Of a DNA stretch of 64,000 nucleotides, positions 1 to 64,000 are shown one piece after another. The notes below the pieces were generated by a model. The model made no database searches and was not told the origin of the DNA. It worked only from the letters and a program-made list of their open reading frames with translations. Source of the DNA: Harriotta raleighana. Its lineage: Eukaryota. Both the position numbers and the translations under genes were made by a program. The first letter of the stretch is position 1; every line of letters starts with the position of its first letter. Location of the stretch: NCBI GenBank assembly GCA_050575255.1, contig JBNZDD010013730.1, positions 7,368,978 to 7,432,977 on the forward strand. The letters run 5' to 3'.

Positions 1-30
<30 letters not shown>
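1..30. repeat. poly-G run (30 nt or more, cut by the window edge)
   Basis: Direct reading; may be a sequencing artefact. Confidence 0.9.
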
Positions 31-31
<1 letters not shown>

Positions 32-54
32 AGAAAAGCAAATATTGATTAACC

Positions 55-430
55 ATGACTTCAAGATGTTCATACTCATCATGCCGACACTTGATTACCT
101 TTCTGACCTACTTGTTCATCACTCCACCACCCACCACCTCCTCTCGGCTGGCTTGCTCTGGCTTTCTGTTTGTCACTCGTCCACTCAGCTCTACCAAAAC
201 CATCCGTTTTTTTTAGCCACTCCTCCCCTAAACTTTGGAACTCTCTCTCTCAATTCCTCTGCCTTGCCCCCTCCTTCCCTTTTTTTCAGATAACATCTGA
301 AGTTCTTTCTCTTCAACCATGCTTACAGTCACCACTTCCCTCCCTGCAGCTTGATGTCATGCTCTGTCTCTGTTAAGTACTCTGAGACGCCAGCCAACGT
401 GAAGGGCGCTATATAAATGCAAGTTGTTGT
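55..430 (+). mobile_element. L2-type LINE 3' fragment, degenerate (approximate bounds)
   Basis: aaactttggaactctct core and tail gtgaagggcgctatataaatgcaagttgttgt, shared with the copies at about 3225-3560 and 51290-51530. Confidence 0.65.
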
Positions 431-2845
431 ACTTTTTAATTAAACCTATTTCTTCCATTTGTGTTGCCTTTTGGGCCGTTGAATTGTTAAGCCATAAAAT
501 TGGGAGGCGGAAGGCAGCCCGAGAGAACACAGACAAAAAGAATGCAAGGAATCAATGGGGGAAAAAGTCCATTTAACGTATTATTCATTTTTATTGCACA
601 AACTACTCAAAATCTGTTAATGCAGGTGTCTCTACTTGAATCTCCAATACTACCTGGACACAACCCCAGAATATGCACCCATTCCCAGCCCTCATCTTCC
701 CATTCCCTTCTGGTGTTCTACCCTTTATAGACAACAGTACTATTTTAAAACAAAACTGTTCGACCTTAGCGTACTTCCTAAAAGCTCTATGCTTAGATTT
801 ACGCACATTGAACAGCATATTGATTAAAAAAGATAAATCTTACAACACTACATTTGTGTGCAATTAGGCTGAATGTCCTTTCCTCTATTTAAGATGCTGC
901 TATCAATTTTCTGCTGGACATTTAATAAATATCTACATGGGAACAAAAATTGCAAATGAACAAATTTGTCCCTTGTGTACAACCATTGCTATCGACATTG
1001 ATTAGTGACAAAATAAATTCTATTACCAATGTAACTAGAGAGGTAATATTACGTGCAGGCCTGATAATTATCCCTAGCAAAATAATAAAGGAAGAAATAG
1101 GGATATGGATTATAAAGGAAAAAGCTACAACTTGAAACTTCGGCAATTGCTATCAGTTTCATAGCTGCTTTACAATAAATGCTTTGAATACTTGCTTTAC
1201 TTCAGCTCATTCAAAAAGGCAGTAAGTGACCTGCAGACATTTCCTCTCAAAATCTTATTTACACTTTTTTAAAAAAAAAGATTTCTTTTGAAAATTTTTA
1301 ATTTCCTTCCATTGTATGAGCAATTTTGAAGGAAAGATAAATGCACATTGATGGAAATAAATGAAGTTATAGTGCTAGCTTCAGCATCCGATGGTTTGAA
1401 AACTGCATTGAATCAAATCAATCAAAATCAATTAAGTTGGGAAGCAACTCAATTTCATATCCCGTTCCTAATAGCATCCCCAGCAGATGATATCGTAATA
1501 CATTTGATGAAGGTGCATTCCATGTAAAATCAGAGATTTTTCTCTACTTAAAAAATGTGCATTTTAATATTCTTGGGCGGTCCATTTCATGAATGATAAG
1601 ATTTCCAACTTTATTGAGGGGGCATTTAGACCTGTTTCTTCAACGACACTAAAATAATAATAATGAGCATTTAACATTGAGTAGCAGATTTCCACATCCC
1701 CATTCATTTCTTATATTCTGCTCTCTTCTCAATCCCAGTAACAGAGATTTGGATGTGCCTTGTATAAATCTGCATTGAATCCATCTGATAGAACAAAAAA
1801 TTGTTATGGGGTACAATTCTAATCGTTTTGTCACTCCAATTTAAATAAAAGTTTAAAAGACCATCTCTGATTTTTGATGAACAATTATGCATTAAGAGAA
1901 AAAGGTAAAGCAATTAAACTGAAAAAAAATCTTTAAAAAAAAGAAAACAGAAAAAGCCAAGCCACAGTTTGTTCAATGTATTCTACACTGCCAGAGGCCA
2001 GGGGATAACCGGAAAGAAATTAATCAATAACTCTGGATAAAAAGCCAAATGATTAACAATTTAAAGTGTTCATCATAACGATGCCTTTTTAGAATATCTC
2101 ATAGATAATATCATGGTCAAAGCTCATTTCATAGCTCTTTCGGGTGCAAATGTTCCATTTTGAACTTTGTGTTTAGTTAATATGAAAGTTGAATGCCTAC
2201 CATTATTACTCACTTATCCGCTCTTTTGGTTAAACTATTACCACAGTTCTATGACATCACTACTATCGTATGCTGCATCTTATAGTGAGAATAACAGATT
2301 CAGGTGAGGAATATAGATTTAATATAAGATGTAGTTTTAAGGAAGCATGAAATCCATATTATTTAACCTGTGGGGAAGAGGCTTCAAACTGTAGAGCCTG
2401 AGCGATCAGCAGAGTCTGGTCTAAGCTTGATTCTTTATACTACTGAGCTACCTTCAACGCAGTTTAACAGAGCCACCTGAAATTAATGACATTCTAAAAT
2501 AATTTCTCCCTCCTGTAAAAATGCATCATTAAAATGCAATTTCTGAAAGGTACAAGCAATGTAATATGAAGAATAGCATATGTTAATATGCGTGTCAAGT
2601 AGTTCTTGATGAATGTTACTGCTCCTTAATTAGTCTGTAAAAACTAATGATGAATGTTCACCGATCATACAAAGAAAATAAATACACAACCATTTTTGCT
2701 AATTTATTGGAAGCTAAAAGTGCTAATATCAAGTCATTGCTGTGCTGTGTGACTCTTGGAATTGAAACACTGAGTAGCTCCCTATGTGATCATTTAGGTG
2801 TATATTCTGCTAAGCTACAAGGTCAGAGCATTAAAATCTTGACTA

Positions 2846-62589
<59,744 letters not shown>

Positions 62590-62689
62590 CTGCGAAAAGC
62601 AAACAGACAAAACATGGTGACTTTCCCCACAATTATAAGTTGGGATTCAAACCCCCATCAAATATTATCATAACATCCCAATGATCTTT

Positions 62690-63060
62690 GTCTTATCAGT
62701 GGTTAGAGCTTTAAATCCTTGACAGTACAATCCAGTTAGGTGAGCGCTGCATTGATGGGAGCGCAATTCTTCAGGTGAGATACTTAATTTAGGTATTTTC
62801 TGCCTGTTTTGGGAGAACATTAAATATCCCGTGGCACTATTGAAAAAAGATAAACGTTTCTCATATTTTCCTGGCCAACCATCTCAAGACAAAACTGATC
62901 ATTCACTTCATGCCAATCTGTGGGACATTGCTGTATGAAAACTGATGACTATGTTCACTGACAAATGCACAGGCACTACTACACTTTAAAGTAAATCCTG
63001 TGAAGTGTTTTAAGTCAATGTTAAATGTGATAGCACAGCTATCATCATTATTATAATTAC
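62690..63060 (+). mobile_element. Old Deu-domain SINE (SacSINE1/AmnSINE1-like), degenerate
   Basis: Ordered motifs gagcgctgcattg, caggtgagatac, atcccgtggcactatt, cctggccaa, tgtgggacattgctgt and gtgaagtgtttt follow the recalled DeuSINE layout; the 3' half resembles the younger SINEs in this window. Confidence 0.55.
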
Positions 63061-64000
63061 TCTTACCATTTTGCAAACCAACAACCAAGATTCTGATATT
63101 TATATATTTAATATAGTAAATAGTTATATTTATGTAATTTTGTTAAGCAGTGTCTCTTGCCAGCATTTTTTTAAATTGAAATTCTTTTCTCAACTACAGT
63201 ATATTATGGAAAACTGGTGCTTTTCAATCTACTGGGATTAAAGTTTGAACACTAATAATTTTTCTATATTCAGTAATTCTAGAACACTTTGCTCTTTCTA
63301 ATGTAATCTCCAGGTTTTGATTCTTGAACCTGTACACACAAAACTCAAAGGTTACTCCAATTCTTTGTTTGTGGGTGTTGGCGAGTGCGTGTGGGTGGGA
63401 GAGATTTAACAGTTATTATGGTAATGAATGCACAGTATCAATCTTATTCATAATGAATCCAACAGCATTTACATTTTAATAGACTTCAAATTAGGTTTTA
63501 ATAAATATACTTTGCCAGCATTTCAATAATTAGGTTTCAGAGTTTTTATTTGGGGTTTCCAGCTGAGATAAACTACATATTAATATGATTGAAATGCCCA
63601 AGTACTGTGTATCATTTGGATTACAGTTGTATGTTAAATGTTGGGATTCGTAGAAATACATTAAAATGACGCTGTGTGTGATGAGAATTCAACAAAAGTG
63701 TATTATGATTGGTTGCCTACATGGTTAAGTGAATGAGTTTCAGAAGAAAATCAAACATGTAGGTTCTGTGGCACCTACTTAAATAGGCAAACACCAATAC
63801 TAATGGGGGCGGGCAGAGGGATGGTTGATGTGGGGTACAAGTCAGTTCTCAGATGAACTGATGGATTCACAAATCAGACTCTAGATATTATGTAAGTCCC
63901 ATTCACTACCTTGAAGATGCTATAATGAGCTATATCAAAATGCAATGATTATTTTTATTATCACTACTAGCTCCCACTGTTGGTGCCATTCCAGCATCCA

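Noticed and set aside
1-30. Poly-G as a functional G-quadruplex
   Set aside because: A pure homopolymer at the window edge; it cannot be distinguished from a sequencing or assembly artefact.

Overview
This is eukaryotic (vertebrate) genomic DNA. The repeat content suggests a cartilaginous fish, which is an inference. The whole window lies inside one minus-strand fibrillar collagen gene, best identified as COL11A1. I can read 34 consecutive GT-AG, phase-0 exons of 84, 57, 54, 45, 90 and 108 bp (2,112 nt, 704 aa), running from the N-telopeptide exon (62506-62589) through about two thirds of the major Gly-X-Y triple helix (to 2864). Both ends of the gene lie outside the window. Exon numbers 13-46 are human-equivalent numbers from memory. 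The introns carry CR1 and L2 LINE fragments, tRNA-derived SINEs, older SINE relics, two TA-flanked Tc1/mariner-type MITEs and microsatellites. There is one 566-N gap and eleven single-N joins, ten of them flanked by near-duplicate sequence that is probably an assembly artefact. I see no RNA gene, CRISPR array or nested gene, and no convincing new biological system. The best leads are: a textbook 3' splice site only 44 nt after the exon-37 donor that opens onto a stop codon; a CR1-plus-hairpin composite insertion bounded by a 12-bp target-site duplication; a GFPGER-to-GFPGQR change at an integrin motif; and proline loss in the N-terminal helix.
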